NCBI RefSeq assembly: GCF_001194135.2
Contig: NC_068983.1
Location: 129,156,684-129,216,822 of the forward strand
Direction: 5' to 3'
DNA length: 60,139 bases
Source of the DNA: Octopus bimaculoides
Taxonomy: Eukaryota
Position numbers and translations under genes: made by a program. Shown in pieces: positions 1 through 12,910 of this stretch; the stretch's first letter is position 1, and each line of letters starts with the position of its first letter. The notes under the pieces are model-generated. The model saw only the letters and a program-made list of their open reading frames with translations, did no database searches and had not been told where the DNA came from.

Positions 1-315
1 CGGTGTTATTTAATCTGTTTTTAATTTTTTTGTACATGGTGTTTGGAGATGGTCTGAATTTTGATGTAACACGTGTGTTTACGATCGCTGTGCGGGTAGT
101 GGAGGTATCAAGTTAAAATACATCATTATATTTGGAAAAATAGAAATAAATTTCAATGAGTATTACTTACTCGGATATAGTCCAACCCATTGTCAGCTAT
201 TTTTTTGGGCTCCATGCGATGTCTTTATTTCCGATGTCTTGGATAAATTTCGGAGCTGTGATTTATCGTTCTCACATGTTAAACTTCCCCGGTGTAGTCT
301 TGTTAAACTTCCCCG

Positions 316-316
<1 letters not shown>

Positions 317-375
<59 letters not shown>

Positions 376-412
376 NNNNNNNNNNTTATTATCATTATCA
401 TTATTATTAGTA

Positions 413-495
<83 letters not shown>

Positions 496-497
496 AT
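317..497 (+). repeat. (TTA)n microsatellite (3' tail/target of adjacent LINE), contains a 10-N gap
   Basis: Direct reading; abuts the 3' end of the minus-strand RLE LINE. Confidence 0.97.
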
Positions 498-1105
498 TAT
501 TGCTCAGTAGTTTTATTTTTATAACGTATTTTCACTTCACTGCCGAGCGCAGTACTGTGTGCCTTGGGTATGTGCTGTGGTTTGGTGTGCAGTACCCAGT
601 AGTGCAATTTTCTGTATGGTATATATATTTGTAAGTCCTGGTGTTTTATGTATTTGTCTAGATATTTTTTATTATACCTAAGGCACCTACGATGATAGGA
701 ATTGTTTCTGCTTTTAGATTCCACATTCGAGTTACCTCTATTTCCAGATCTTTGTATTTTGAAAGTTTCTCCATTTCTTTTAGGGAAACGTTGTCATCTG
801 CTGGTATTGATACATCAATTAGAAAGCATTTTTCTTCATGATCTTTGACAAATATATCTGGTCTATTTGCCTTAATTTCTCTATCTGTGTGTATTGGTAT
901 ATCCCAGAGTATTGTTGGTTTCTCATTTTCCGTGACATTTTCTGGCGTGTGCCTATACCATTTTTATCTGTTGTTATTCCGTAGTGTTGGCATACCTTCC
1001 AGTATATGTATGCCTCAGATCTGTTGTGTCTGTGAATATCTGAATGTATTCCATCTTAGCCAGGACTGAGCAGCCAGAGATAATATGATTTATTGTTTCT
1101 TGTCC
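498..1105 (-). mobile_element. R4/Dong-like non-LTR retrotransposon, 5'-truncated 3' end (CCHC remnant, restriction-like endonuclease, 3' UTR)
   Basis: Minus translation with frameshifts: QETINHIISGCSVLAK; ILWDIPIHTDREIKANRPDIFVKDHEEKCFLIDVSIPADDNVSLKEMEKLSKYKDLEIEVTRMWNLKAETIPIIVGALGIIKK; QKIALLGTAH. PD..D..K RLE motif and (TAA)n tail are typical of R4/Dong. Confidence 0.9.
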
Positions 1106-1107
1106 CT

Positions 1108-1330
1108 AAATAAGATCTTAAACAAAACACTCATGTTTTCAAATATGAATTATTCAAAACCCCAAAAATCCTCTCAACACACGGCTATGATGCTTCCCCA
1201 CGACTTCTTTTCGTGATCAGAGATGCACATATCTTTACCACTAAGGGATATGGTCAACTGGTTTGTGTCAACCGACTGAGAAGCAAATCTGTGGTACTGA
1301 GCACAATATTTGCTGTAGCCCATCTCGTAT
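1108..1330 (-). mobile_element. Partial copy of the non-coding TAA-associated repeat (same family as 1556-2102)
   Basis: Aligns by eye to about 1805-2015 (shared atggctatgatgc / gatgcacatatc / actaagggatatg / agcaaatct / atatttgctgtagcccatct blocks). Confidence 0.85.
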
Positions 1331-1340
1331 TATTATTGTT

Positions 1341-1402
<62 letters not shown>

Positions 1403-1472
1403 AATCATCTTCCTCCTCCTCCTCCTCCCCTCCTCCTTCTCCTCCTCCTCCTAATCATCATCATTATTACCG

Positions 1473-1555
<83 letters not shown>

Positions 1556-1556
1556 G
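1331..1556 (+). repeat. Compound (TCA)n-(CCT)n-(TTA)n microsatellite
   Basis: Direct reading. Confidence 0.95.
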
Positions 1557-2102
1557 AGTGAGAAAGCAGTGCATGCCATCAAAGTGACACTGGGGTAAAA
1601 TATACGAACCCCATTATACCCATAATGACTACGAGTCTGATAAGGGTACACCAGGCACATGTATCACAACCATATGTGCGCGACATGGTGATCTCATATC
1701 AAGATAAACAACGCATGACCTCGCAGTTGGGGGCACAGTAAGAATTTCATCAGTTCGAGTAACCCATTCTGTCAAAAGGTCCATGAATAAGGTTTGTTTA
1801 AGGATGTTGAGCAAAACACCCATGTTTCCAAAGGTGAATTATTCAATCCCCAAAGAATTCCTCTGAACACATGGCTATGATGCACCTCTACTACTTCTGC
1901 TCATCATCAGAAATGCACATATCGTCACCCACTAAGGGATATGTACAAATGGTTAAGGTCAAACAAATGACAAGCAAATCTATGGTATTAAATGGAATAT
2001 TTGCTGTAGCCCATCTTTTTCTACCAAGACAAAAAATGTACAAGATAACACTTCCAATCAATTAAGATTAAAAGCCATGAGAGCCGCTGCCTGGTACTGC
2101 AT
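1556..2102 (-). mobile_element. About 545-bp non-coding interspersed repeat flanked by (TTA)n on both sides; probable non-autonomous retroelement
   Basis: Two further partial copies in the window (1108-1330, 21075-21285); TTA tracts at both ends; no ORF; strand inferred from the longer TTA tract at the left end. Confidence 0.7.
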
Positions 2103-2150
2103 TTATTATTATTATTATTATTTTATGTTTGACTTTTGTNNNNNNNNNNA

Positions 2151-2151
2151 T

Positions 2152-2210
<59 letters not shown>

Positions 2211-2211
2211 T
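2151..2211 (+). repeat. (TAG)n microsatellite
   Basis: Direct reading. Confidence 0.95.
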
Positions 2212-2404
2212 AGGTATCGCACAGTATACAATTTCGTGAGGAGGTTGATTGAAGATATTGCGTCTACCGGTGATTTGTACTGTTTAGCAAGTTACAACAA
2301 GATCCTGAGGCAGGCAGTAGTTTACGCAATATGCATGCAATTCAAAGTAATGCCGACTTTTTGAATATAGCTACATAGTAGTGTATGTCTAAAGTTTTCA
2401 GATG

Positions 2405-2443
2405 TGTCGTTACCGAGTCTCGTTACCGTGTCTCGTTACCGAG
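2405..2443 (+). repeat. 13-bp tandem repeat x3 (core tcgttaccg)
   Basis: Cores at 2407, 2420, 2433. Confidence 0.9.
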
Positions 2444-4060
2444 ATTCTCAGGTGCTCAGACCACCTGTAAGTGGGGAACTTGAAGCCACTTACAAGAAGT
2501 AGAGAAGAAGGAAACGTGTTTGTTTCAGTTTGGAGAGAACTTCTATTTTCCAGTAACGTTTCACAGAGATATGTGGGATTTGGAGCACAGTAGTGTACAT
2601 TACAATAACAATTTGTTCGATATGTACAATTTAAATATTGCACTTGAATTTGAATATGACTGCTAGAAATGAGGTGTAATATTATCACGATTATATACTG
2701 CTACCTCACCATGGTTACTTTCTTTTTCTCCGTTTATAATACAGTAAGCATTCTGCATCCCTTATATCATGTCTAAACTGTGTTTCCACAAGTGCTATTC
2801 ATGTGATTTGATTGCATGCAGCAAGATCTCTAAAGAAACATACCTTTATTTTGTTGTTCCGGCGCATCAGGCCACCCATATTCAGTAAAGATATTATGTG
2901 ACAACCTTGTTGGCGTTAGTTGTAGCCACCTTATAACTGTCGATTGTGATGGCCTCGTGTGGTGACGGGCGTGTTTCTGAGTTTTCGTTTAACGTAGCAA
3001 GGTCAGCTGCTACAAAATAGTTTGTGCCAGGCAAAAAAAAAAGATGTATATTTTTACTCAGTTTTTGCTCTTTAAATGGAACAGCATGAACTACGCTTTT
3101 TTATTCTTTACCGCCTCATTTTTCTTTGTCCTCACCATGGAAAAAAGAATCGATTCTGATATGCATCATCATTTCTATGCCAGCAGTTATCTTACCGGTA
3201 AAATCAACATATATTTCAAATTTTGTGCCTCTTATTTCGTTTGTCCACATTCTTTGAGGCCTTCTATTTTGCTCTAAAGTTTGGTTTCTTTTTATATTGG
3301 TGGTTTTATAGGAAACTCGACGTTTGGGCAGCCTGAGTGGTGTTTTTGTCTTGGTTTATCTTGGAAGCTATACATTTTGATTTCCCTCCTTTTCTCCTCC
3401 TTTATTTCTCCTTTCAATTCGTTGATTCCTTCATTTATTTGTTTTTGGTTTCTTCTTTTGCCAGGTCTCTCAACTTTAGCATAGTGGTGTCAAAATCATC
3501 AGTACTTCCATCGCTTCAAGCTTTCTCTGTAGTGCAGTGGTCTTGGTTTTGTTCTTTTGAGAATCGGCTGGGAAAGGGAACGCCTCATTTCCAGGTCACG
3601 TTCGTCCTGATTCTCGTCATCCTTGCTGCAATCGTTTACCAGAAGGGCGTCTAAGATGGGGATGTTTTATCCAATGATGTCCTAGTTCTCGTGAAACATT
3701 TACTCTTTAATGCTACCTCGATAATGTTGTTTGAAGCGACTCCATCCGTCATTCTCCAACATGTATTAAAAGTTGTAGATACTTGACTCTTCAATTCCGT
3801 GATATAATTGTTGTATATCGCTAAAGGGAATGAGAACGCGAGACAGATACGTATACAGAAAAACGGAGAGGGGAGAGAAACTAGACTGAGAGAAAAGGGG
3901 AAGAGGTGAGATAGAAAGAGAGACATAAGGGGGAATAGTATACATATGTATAGAGATCTGTGTGTACCTATTCTAAAAACATAAAGTTATGATAGATTAT
4001 ATCAATAGCTCAAATAAAATAAAATAAATATATTAATTTACTTTAATTTAACTAATGTGT

Positions 4061-4150
4061 AATTTATATAAGTAATATATAAATTTATATAAGTAATATA
4101 TAAATTTATATAAGTAATATATAAATTTATATAAGTAATATATAAATTAT
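4061..4150 (+). repeat. 21-bp minisatellite aatttatataagtaatatata x4
   Basis: Four perfect units starting 4061, 4082, 4103, 4124. Confidence 0.95.
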
Positions 4151-4789
4151 AAAATTGGAGAGGAGAGAAAGTATAACAAGTGGTCGCTTGGTAATTAATA
4201 GTGTAGAACTTGTTAACAGGGAAGATTAAATAAAATAAGGTAAGGTAAATGTTCTAATTTGATTGAATAAACTTAAACTATATCTCAACTAAGTTTCAGA
4301 CAATATATAAGTGAGTAATACAGAGGTATTAGCTTTACTGCATTTAGATTTGTGGCAAAATCAAATGGTCCTAAAGAACTGACGAAGAAGAGGAGGACGG
4401 TTCGTGTTCTTCTTTTAATAATTGTTTTGGGCTGTACGACAATATTTCTATATATTATTTGAAGCATAATCAACACGGGGCATTTTATCCTTGGAACGAA
4501 AGACCCGACTAAATAATCGTCCAAATGATATCGTAGTGTATGTTGTTTACTTTAGGTAGCGTATGTGCCTGTCAGCGATGTAGATTTACTGTGTGTTTCA
4601 TATTTAAAAGAACCTGAATATGCGGAATACTGTGACTGAAAATTAATAGGTGTTCCACATTTAGTTCTTGATAGAATTTTGCTGTTTATTTAGAACCGAT
4701 CACATATAAATTATCTTCAATCTTCTACAAACTAAGGACTTAGTATCTATATACATATTACAATACATCATGAGATACAACCGTAAATA

Positions 4790-4806
4790 TAACACACACA
4801 CACGCA

Positions 4807-4857
<51 letters not shown>

Positions 4858-4890
4858 ACACACACGCGCGAGTGCGCGCACGCACACATA
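4790..4890 (+). repeat. (CA)n microsatellite with CG-rich alternating purine-pyrimidine end
   Basis: Direct reading. Confidence 0.95.
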
Positions 4891-5523
4891 TATACATGAC
4901 AATTTCTGTCTGTCTATATGTTCGTCTGACTGTTGCCGTCTTGCTGCTCAAATCAGCAAATCAAGCTTCAACAACTTTTGCGTACATTTTGAACTAAAGT
5001 TCAGTTCAGTTATAAGACAATTGAAATTCGATAACAATCTATGATGGACCCAATATGTAGTTTGGGGTATTACGTGATTAAATGATAGGGGTGCAGAAGT
5101 GTTAGGTTCAGGGATATGTGGAAAAATGAGGGGGGGGGGGCTGATATCAGGGAAGGGGAGAGACATGAAGAGATAGACACACAGGGAATGTGAGAGACAG
5201 TTATCGAGAACGGCACGCAGGGACAGAGCGCGAGAGACACAATTTCAATAGGTTGTTCTTTCATTTCTTCCTATTACTTAACTTATACCCTTTAATGAAT
5301 TAACTATCGTATACTCAGTCAAGTCTTTTACAATACGTTCAATAACAGATGTAAAAAGGTGAAAGGTAAAGCTTTTTTTAGATTTGTTTTCCAATCACCT
5401 TATTATGATTAATTAAAACATTAGCAACACACTTAGTCAATACACGATATTTAATATATTTCCTTTTCTCCCATAGATAAATGGCCCCGCATCTTCCATA
5501 TATAAAAGAGAGTTTCTCGGTGT

Positions 5524-5559
<36 letters not shown>

Positions 5560-5834
5560 CTGTCTGTCTGTGTGTATCTTCCTTATGTAATCGCGAAATG
5601 AATTGCTGACTTTGACGTGTAGGTTTTCAAAAGATTTAGTAATCTTAGGACTAATAATTAAAGTATACTGTCATATATATATTTGCCTTACGAAAAGTTT
5701 ACGTTATAATCTTTTCTATAAATCAATTATCGTAAACATTTTATACCACCACGAGAGCGACGATACGTCACATTGTCTATGTGAGTGTGTACCGCAAAGG
5801 AGATCTATTTCTCTATAAGTTATTACGAAATATA

Positions 5835-5869
5835 GTCTCTCTCTCTCTCTCTCTCTCTCNNNNNNNNNN

Positions 5870-5928
<59 letters not shown>

Positions 5929-5970
5929 CTATCTCTCTCTCACACACACACACACATGCACACGCACACA
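5835..5970 (+). repeat. Compound (CT)n-(CTAT)n-(CA)n microsatellite with short gap
   Basis: Direct reading. Confidence 0.95.
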
Positions 5971-5974
5971 TATA

Positions 5975-6930
5975 TACAAAAATGAGGCATGCATTTGTAT
6001 TTATGTACGAGTATATAAAAGATATGTGTTTGTGTGAGACAGAGTGATACCCAAAGTGAGTGCCACTTACACATACATTCAAAAATACGTACATAACAAC
6101 ACACATCACCACTCACCAAATCTTTCCCTCCTTATCTCAAACTCACGCACACGCAGACACGCACACATACGTTCACACGTCCATTTAATATACACGTACG
6201 TGCATCTTTCACTTTCTCCTCTCTTTCACTTTCTACTCTCACTTCAAAGTAAATGTCGCCGTTTCACTTTCTTTTCTCTTTCAGTTACTGGTTTATTCAA
6301 AGCATAAATATTTTTTGTAAATAGAGAAATCAACGAATATATTCGAAAATTGTGTTGCCGAATTTGCCATTTGAAGTATGTAAAGCACCCGTAATCTATC
6401 AGCTAACAAATGAACTTTATTTTCATTTACATATTTGCATTACAAAAATTCAACATGATAATCTTTCTGTAATTCAACTCTCCTAAACGATATTTCATAC
6501 CACGACGAAAACGACGTCAAATTTTCTGTGTACTGTAAAAAAAGATCCATTTCTCTATATATTATGAAGAAATACAGTCACTTTTTCTTAGACATGCACA
6601 CGCACACATACATACACACATACATACATAAAAGATGTATGCGCATGTATTTATGTACGTTTATATGAAAGATAATGTGCGTGTGTTTAAGAGAGAGCGA
6701 GGGTGAGAGAGAGTGTGAGTGCCACATACATACAGAAGACTGCACACATGACAGCACACATCTTCACTCGCTTTAGCTCTCTCTCAAACACACACACTTA
6801 CAGATGTCCACACACAGATGTTCATTTCATATACACGGATATACAGATTTCACTTTCTCCTCTCCTTGAGTTTATGCTCTCTTCAAGCATAAAGAAATTT
6901 TAAAAATGCCGAAATTAACGATATATGATC
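5975..6930 (+). repeat. Old diverged direct duplication (about 5975-6350 vs 6625-6930)
   Basis: Collinear shared blocks tgtatttatgtacg, aaagata, gtgagtgccac, atatacacg, tttcactttctcctctc, tgccgaa. Confidence 0.75.
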
Positions 6931-8228
6931 CCTTATAATCTACCACATGTTCGAGTGGACAACATTGCTCTTCGAGTTGACTGAAAGCTATAAAATGACT
7001 GTTTTTGACACACACACACTGTTGCGCAAACGCACGCATACAAACACTCTACGTAAAGCTTCAGTGAGAATTATATTATTTCTTGCTATGTCCACGCGCA
7101 AAATTGCTGCTCAAATCCAATTAGAATATTTTTTTTTCTATTCTCTAATTCGTGTTTGTGAAGGGGGTATTTAAAAACAAAATCTTCGGTATAAATTTAA
7201 AAGGATGTGCTCCCAGAAATCTTGTCCTTTTCCTGTTATTTCTAGTATGTCTGCGGTGCATTTGCGCCCCCAACCTAATTGTTTTCCTAAATTTCTTTTG
7301 ATTCCTATGTTTTCAAGATAGTCGTCCAAGAAACACGTTCTCAATATTTTGATTTTCTCCCTCCCAATCCCCATGTCTTCAAGGTTTCCTTTTTTGGATT
7401 ATTTTTTCTTAGTAATTCAAAGAGAAAAAAACAGGGTGTACGAATCTTTAAGAATGTTCTACTTTCTTTTTTTCTTAAAACAAACCACACTAGAATTTCT
7501 TTCTCAAACTTCCACTCGTCACCTGACCACTTTCAAAATGCTACAAACTCCCACTCTTTCACTTTTAGCTTTTTGGGAAGCGGGCAAGTCACATCAGACA
7601 TAATGTCGTTTACCTGTTGTTTCTAGCATGCCGGAGCTTTTTTCGGGTGCTCTAATATATTTTTAGTCTGCTGTTTTGGTACAGGCGAGAGTGAAACATT
7701 GGGTGGATTTAGCTATTTGAAAGCGGGTAGGTGATGTGTGGACAAGTTCGGGGAGGGGTATTGAATGTTTCTTTAAGAAAAATTAAGCATTAGAAATATA
7801 TATGTAGATTTCCCAGGTACGTGATCACTGTATTTTCTACATGGATTAAAAAATGCGTAGAAACGTTACGGTTCAAGAAATTGCAGGGGGGACTAGCGGG
7901 GGGGGGGGAGGTTAAAAATTTCAAAATTGTATTAACTACATTCGATACGATGAAACAATAAATAGTTTGTTATAGTCCTTAAGAAAAGAAAGCACTTTCA
8001 TGCAAGCCCAAGCATATTGTACACACCCCCTTCACTTTACAAGAAACAATAACTTCCATTACGCTAGTAATCCACATCAATTGATATCAACTGTGCTGCT
8101 GCCCATAAGAAATGAAGAAATAATAAAATGTGGATGCAGGTCATAACACCCGGGTGACGTCATGATACATTGTTAGTATGTATAAGCATGTGTGTGAGTG
8201 TGTGTGTGCGTGTGTGTGTGTGTATGTA

Positions 8229-8960
8229 AAGGGGTTGAACAAAATAATGGAAATGCTTTAAAATTTCAAACAACTTTATTTTAATATGGGGTAGGACAGG
8301 ATCTGGCAGTAATTACAGCTTGAAGTCTATGAGGTACTGAGTTTGAATTATTCCCAATGAAATCCTTGTCTATAGTTCAGCTAAAACAATCCCTAGTTCT
8401 TGTGGAGGATATCGGTTACTTGTTTTTCAAAAATGCACAATAAATGTTGAATAATATTGAGATCTGGGGACTGGCTAGATATGATGATCAACTTCACCAG
8501 AATGTTCCTCATGCCATTCAATAAAAAAACTTTAGCTGTGTGAATTGGTGCATTATCACACTGAATGATTGCGTTTCCATCCGGAAACAATTCCGCAAAC
8601 ATAGGATGAATTTGGTCAGATAAACAGCTAAAATATTCTTGACAATTCTGCTATGAAGGAAAACCATTAGGCCAGTTGTTTTTGCAAGATATAGCCCGCC
8701 AGATAACCACAGAACCTCCTCCTATTTTAATAGTTGAAAGAAGACAGAATGTGTTAAATGCTTCTTTTGGCTGTCTCCACATGTACACTCTGCCAGTGAT
8801 CGGAAATAAGGTACTGAATGACTCGTCCGAGAAAATAACATTCTTCCAATTCTCTAGGGACCAATCCTGTAGGTTTTTAGTCCACTATAAACGCTCGGCA
8901 AAGTTTGTTTTTAAACTTAGTGGGTTTCAAATACGATCACACTGTGATATATACTGACGA
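8229..8960 (-). mobile_element. Tc1-family transposon remnant (DDE domain and 3' terminal repeat)
   Basis: Minus translation WKNVIFSDES ... DNAPIHTAK ... SQSPDLNIIQHL; terminus TA|aaggggttgaacaaaataatggaaa; stops and frameshifts present. Confidence 0.9.
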
Positions 8961-9734
8961 AAGTTAGAGTGACCTAGATTCCACATATTATAACATTTTT
9001 GGAATTATAAATTTAAATGAATGAAAATTCACATTTTGAAACATTAGTTAAGGAATTGACCGCTAGCGAATATATAAAAAACAAATTCAGCACACCTGAA
9101 GATTGAAGCTAATATTAATAAGTCCTGTTGTTACAAGTTTAATGTAAATGCTGCTGGAAATTCAATTATTATATTTTCTGTATTTCTTTTTTGTTTTAAC
9201 GTGTAAATGTCGTATAACAAAATTTGTAAAAATGATTTTATCAACAATTTTGTGAACTGATATTTATTGATTATGATACTGCGTTAAGGAATGTATATTT
9301 GAAAACTTTTGTGGTATTTTAACTTCCGTATTATGACATTTTGCTATGTAAATGGATAGATGTTGTTTCATTCACGAAATGGTATCCAATAAGCTCATTA
9401 ACTTATTGTTGAGGTAGGAAATAATATGAAAAGATTTTATCACATCAACTTTGTTACAAAAGTCACGAACACCAATGCTCACAGTAGAAATATCAAGTGT
9501 CACTTTGCCCTGACAAAACAAAGCGTTAACAAGTGAATCGTAGAATATAACGCATTTGAAACATAAAACTTTGGTGTGAAAGGCTAAAGTGACAGCTACA
9601 TTGTATTTACCAACTTTCCTCTGTTTGCAGCATTTTGTTTTTCTTTAACACCGAGCACTCACAAAAACTTTCGATTGAGAAACACATAAAGAACTAATTT
9701 ACACCCAAAGGAATGGCATTCAACAAGTAATATT

Positions 9735-9935
9735 GGATACAAATTTTGATGTAAAAAAACAATTTCAGTGGAAGGAGAATGTCAATTACATCGACCACCG
9801 GTCTGAAGAGATAAGTGTTTTATCGATCCCTGAAGGGTGAAGAGCAAAAACGACCTCAACTGAATTTGAACTCAGAACATAAAGACAGACAAAATGCTGC
9901 TAAACATTTTTCTCACAGTTGTAACGACTCTGTCA
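9735..9935 (-). mobile_element. tRNA-derived SINE, degenerate
   Basis: gaatttgaactcagaac (B-box on minus strand) and ttatcgatcc..gaa.ggtgaa..gcaaaa.cgacctc core shared with 19800, 40815 and 57583. Confidence 0.85.
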
Positions 9936-9974
9936 CAGGACTTCAGTAGGAATCTACTGAAGAGTAGACAGGGT

Positions 9975-10270
9975 ATAAATACCCGTCATGGAGTTGAACA
10001 TGTTCCCCGAGTCGAAGGAGTTCTTTTATATTCTCACCCGTTCAAATATGCACCGTTTACAACGCTTGCTCCCGCTGACGAACAGGGCCTTCCTAAAGAT
10101 TACGCGCATAGTCTCTTCGTCCCTGAGGCACAACATATTGCTGGCCAAGATGTGGTGCATTGTCCCTCCGGAATCCTAAATGAGGATCTGTGGTTGGAGA
10201 CGTGCTGCTTGAATGTATTACCGGAAAATTCGAAGAATATTTGTATACTGCTCTCGGTAATGTCACTTCT
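9975..10270 (-). mobile_element. Penelope-like element GIY-YIG endonuclease C-terminal remnant
   Basis: Minus frames give FSGNTFKQHVSNHRSSFRIPE then IFRKALFVSGSKRCKRCIFERVRI, resembling PLE endonuclease (TFKxRxxNHxSSF; GSKRCxLCxxEK). Confidence 0.55.
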
Positions 10271-11801
10271 GTTGGTGTTGACGCTGCCACTTCCTCTGTT
10301 TCTGCTATTCATGTTTTTGGTATTGATTTTGGTGCTAGCGTCTTTAATGGTGGTGTAAGCGACATAATCAGTAGTGGTGTTGGTGTTGGTGTTGGCACCG
10401 TTAGTGCTGCTATAGCTGTTAGAGCTACGATCTGTGCTACTGTGGTGGCTGCTGTTGTCGTTATCATAATTAGTATTATCATTTGTATCATTATTAGCAT
10501 TAACATTAGCGACTGTGCTTCCAGTATTTGTGTTAGAATTTCTGCCGTTACCATTGAATACTGCTGTTGCTGATGCTGTAGAACTAGTTGAGAAAGTTGC
10601 AGCTGTTATTAAGTTCAGATACGATCACAGGCTACTAAACGATTCAGGAGATCCCGGGTCGGTTATAGATAGCGACCTAGCGGAGAAACAGTCTTGCGGT
10701 TAACACTTTATACTTTAATCCTGTACAAAACAAGAAGCCACGGGGTATTCCCCTCCTTCACGTTGAAGAGAGTTAATAAGCCACAAGCCATTATGGCTTG
10801 AAGAGACGTTGTAGAGCTAAGCGCTTTATGGACGTGAAATCCTTGGTAACCAAATAGACCGGTCATAATTGATTGTCTTATGATGCGTCTAATTGTACTG
10901 GTTCGTAAGGCCCAATCTATTATTTCTTTTGCTTGTTGTCACTGAAATAAAATATTTTTGAAACTTTCTGGTCGAGAAAAGAAAGTACAAGTTCAGTATT
11001 CTTGTCTCTGTTATCAAGCACACTTTTCCTCCACAATACCTCTTCATTAGTAACCCACTTTCTCTGTGATTGTCATGTCATTAATATCATTTTGATGATA
11101 TTTTCTATTTCTAACCTGATGCAGGCCCATTGGAAGATACACCGCATTTTTTAAAGTATTTTTTTGTGCGTGAAGACTTGTAATTCGAAGAGAATCCTGT
11201 CGCTTTCCTGCAAAGTTGCAATAAACATAAATCAGGCTGTTGACTAAAAACAAAATTCCGACATCGACTATGGGGTTGCCTAAACTGCAGATTAAACAGA
11301 TTTGAATATACTGCACTGGGTTTTATCTTTGTTCAAGGCATTTTACAACGACAAAATATTGAGATTTATTATGCATTATAAGTAGCGTATAATATTTCAT
11401 AGAAACATTCTTTTCGAATTTAGAAGAGGAAATGAAAACATTCAAATTTTTGTCGGCACCCTTTTCAGGATTTATGTTTCCATCCTGCGCAACACTAAGC
11501 CATGTCCGCGTGTATGCAGCTGGGTAAAGGCACAAGAAACTCATTGATCAATTCTCCAGAAGTTTCCTGTTGATGTTACACGCTCCCAATGCAGCAAAGC
11601 CCGGCAGCATGCGTGCTTTCTATGTCATCTATGTCTGAACTGTATAATACAAAATGTTCATACAAAAAACATTAAGTGCTGTTGTAACTCACAGTCATTT
11701 GAGTTTGTCCATGTCAGCAAATCCACAAGCTACGCTCGAGGCCTACGATTCGTACCACACCCCGCATATTCCGTCTCCTCTTTATTCGGACGCGTAAATA
11801 T

Positions 11802-12278
11802 AGGGTGTCCCAGAATTAATGATGATTTGAGTGAATAGGATGCATTTTTAAACACACTTTTATTCATGTTTATCATGTTTAATGTGTGTTAAAAGTGTAT
11901 AAATTTAGAATTTTGTTTATAATTTCATTTTCATTCCTATTGGACCCCTCTTATTTGTCCATGACAGGTTGTTTTTCGTTTGGCAATAATCGTTTTCTTT
12001 AGATCCATCCCCAAGATGGAGCAATCGCTTAGCTGGGCTTAAAGGACATGTTCAGTTAGCAGTGCATGCACTAACTCATGAAATGCTTCAAAATGTGTTC
12101 CACTACGCTAAGGAAAGATTTTTAATTATGCAAGTATACAGACATGTTGAAACTTTTCAATAAAAGTTTAACATAAGGATTTATAAATCTATTTGTTTTG
12201 GTAATAAACATAAAATTCTGACACCATTTTTTTAATTTGCATAATTTCCTTCAAACATAGTTAATTCTGGAACGCCCT
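11802..12278 (+). mobile_element. Internally deleted Tc1/mariner-superfamily element with terminal inverted repeats
   Basis: Left agggtgtcccagaattaa vs right ttaattctggaacgccct (16/18 inverted match); internal HEMLQNVFHYAKERF..RHVE resembles a transposase C-terminus. Confidence 0.75.
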
Positions 12279-12621
12279 TCATGGTGTAGCGTTCTCAGTT
12301 GTTGCGTTGCTCGAGTAAATATTAAAATCAAAGGTCTTCCCCATGTAAGCTTCCCATCTTTTTGTTAAGCGTATTGTATCAGTGGGTATATTATCCAAAA
12401 TGTATCTCTTCTTGAAAGGTGTGACTGTGAGGTTGAGAAGCTTGATTTCCAAAAATATTGCCTTGCATTGAGTAACTCTGTGCAGCATTACAGCTCCATG
12501 CCAACCGAAGCCTTGTGTATTATACAATTGCCATTAATTTATTGATATATAAAATAACACATACAACTCACTTATTATTATCAAATACAAAACAAACAGA
12601 AGTTCGTGTATGGAACTGATC

Positions 12622-12675
12622 TTCTTTCTAGTTCAGTTATTACGTTCTTTCTAGTTCAGTTATTACGTTCTTTCT
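12622..12675 (+). repeat. 23-bp tandem repeat ttctttctagttcagttattacg x2.3
   Basis: Perfect units at 12622 and 12645. Confidence 0.95.
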
Positions 12676-12811
12676 CATAAAATACTCACTTTTATGGAAA
12701 GTGAATCTATATATATAATGTCACTATGAGTGTGACTCTCGAGAATGATTAAAAGTAATTAGTCTATCAACGATGGGTGTTGCTGCTAGTTTATCTATAT
12801 ATGTACGTAGG

Positions 12812-12812
<1 letters not shown>

Positions 12813-12854
<42 letters not shown>

Positions 12855-12866
12855 GAATATATATAT

Positions 12867-12910
<44 letters not shown>

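Noticed and set aside
277-317. 17-bp direct repeat tgttaaacttccccggt as a TSD
   Set aside because: Both copies lie on the same side of the LINE; it is a local duplication.
2405-4150. Short tandem arrays as CRISPR-like repeats
   Set aside because: No spacers, eukaryotic context, no cas genes.
7170-7800. Possible LINE C-terminal remnants here and at 33240-33660 and 3200-3700
   Set aside because: Coding-like texture only; no diagnostic motif.
9894-10573. Overlapping 127-154 aa ORFs with hydrophobic tails
   Set aside because: Explained by antisense PLE-like remnant plus cryptic triplet repeats.
11047-11600. Near-continuous minus-strand frame; GPCR-like or transposase-like impression
   Set aside because: Motifs are incomplete and out of order; no supportable assignment.
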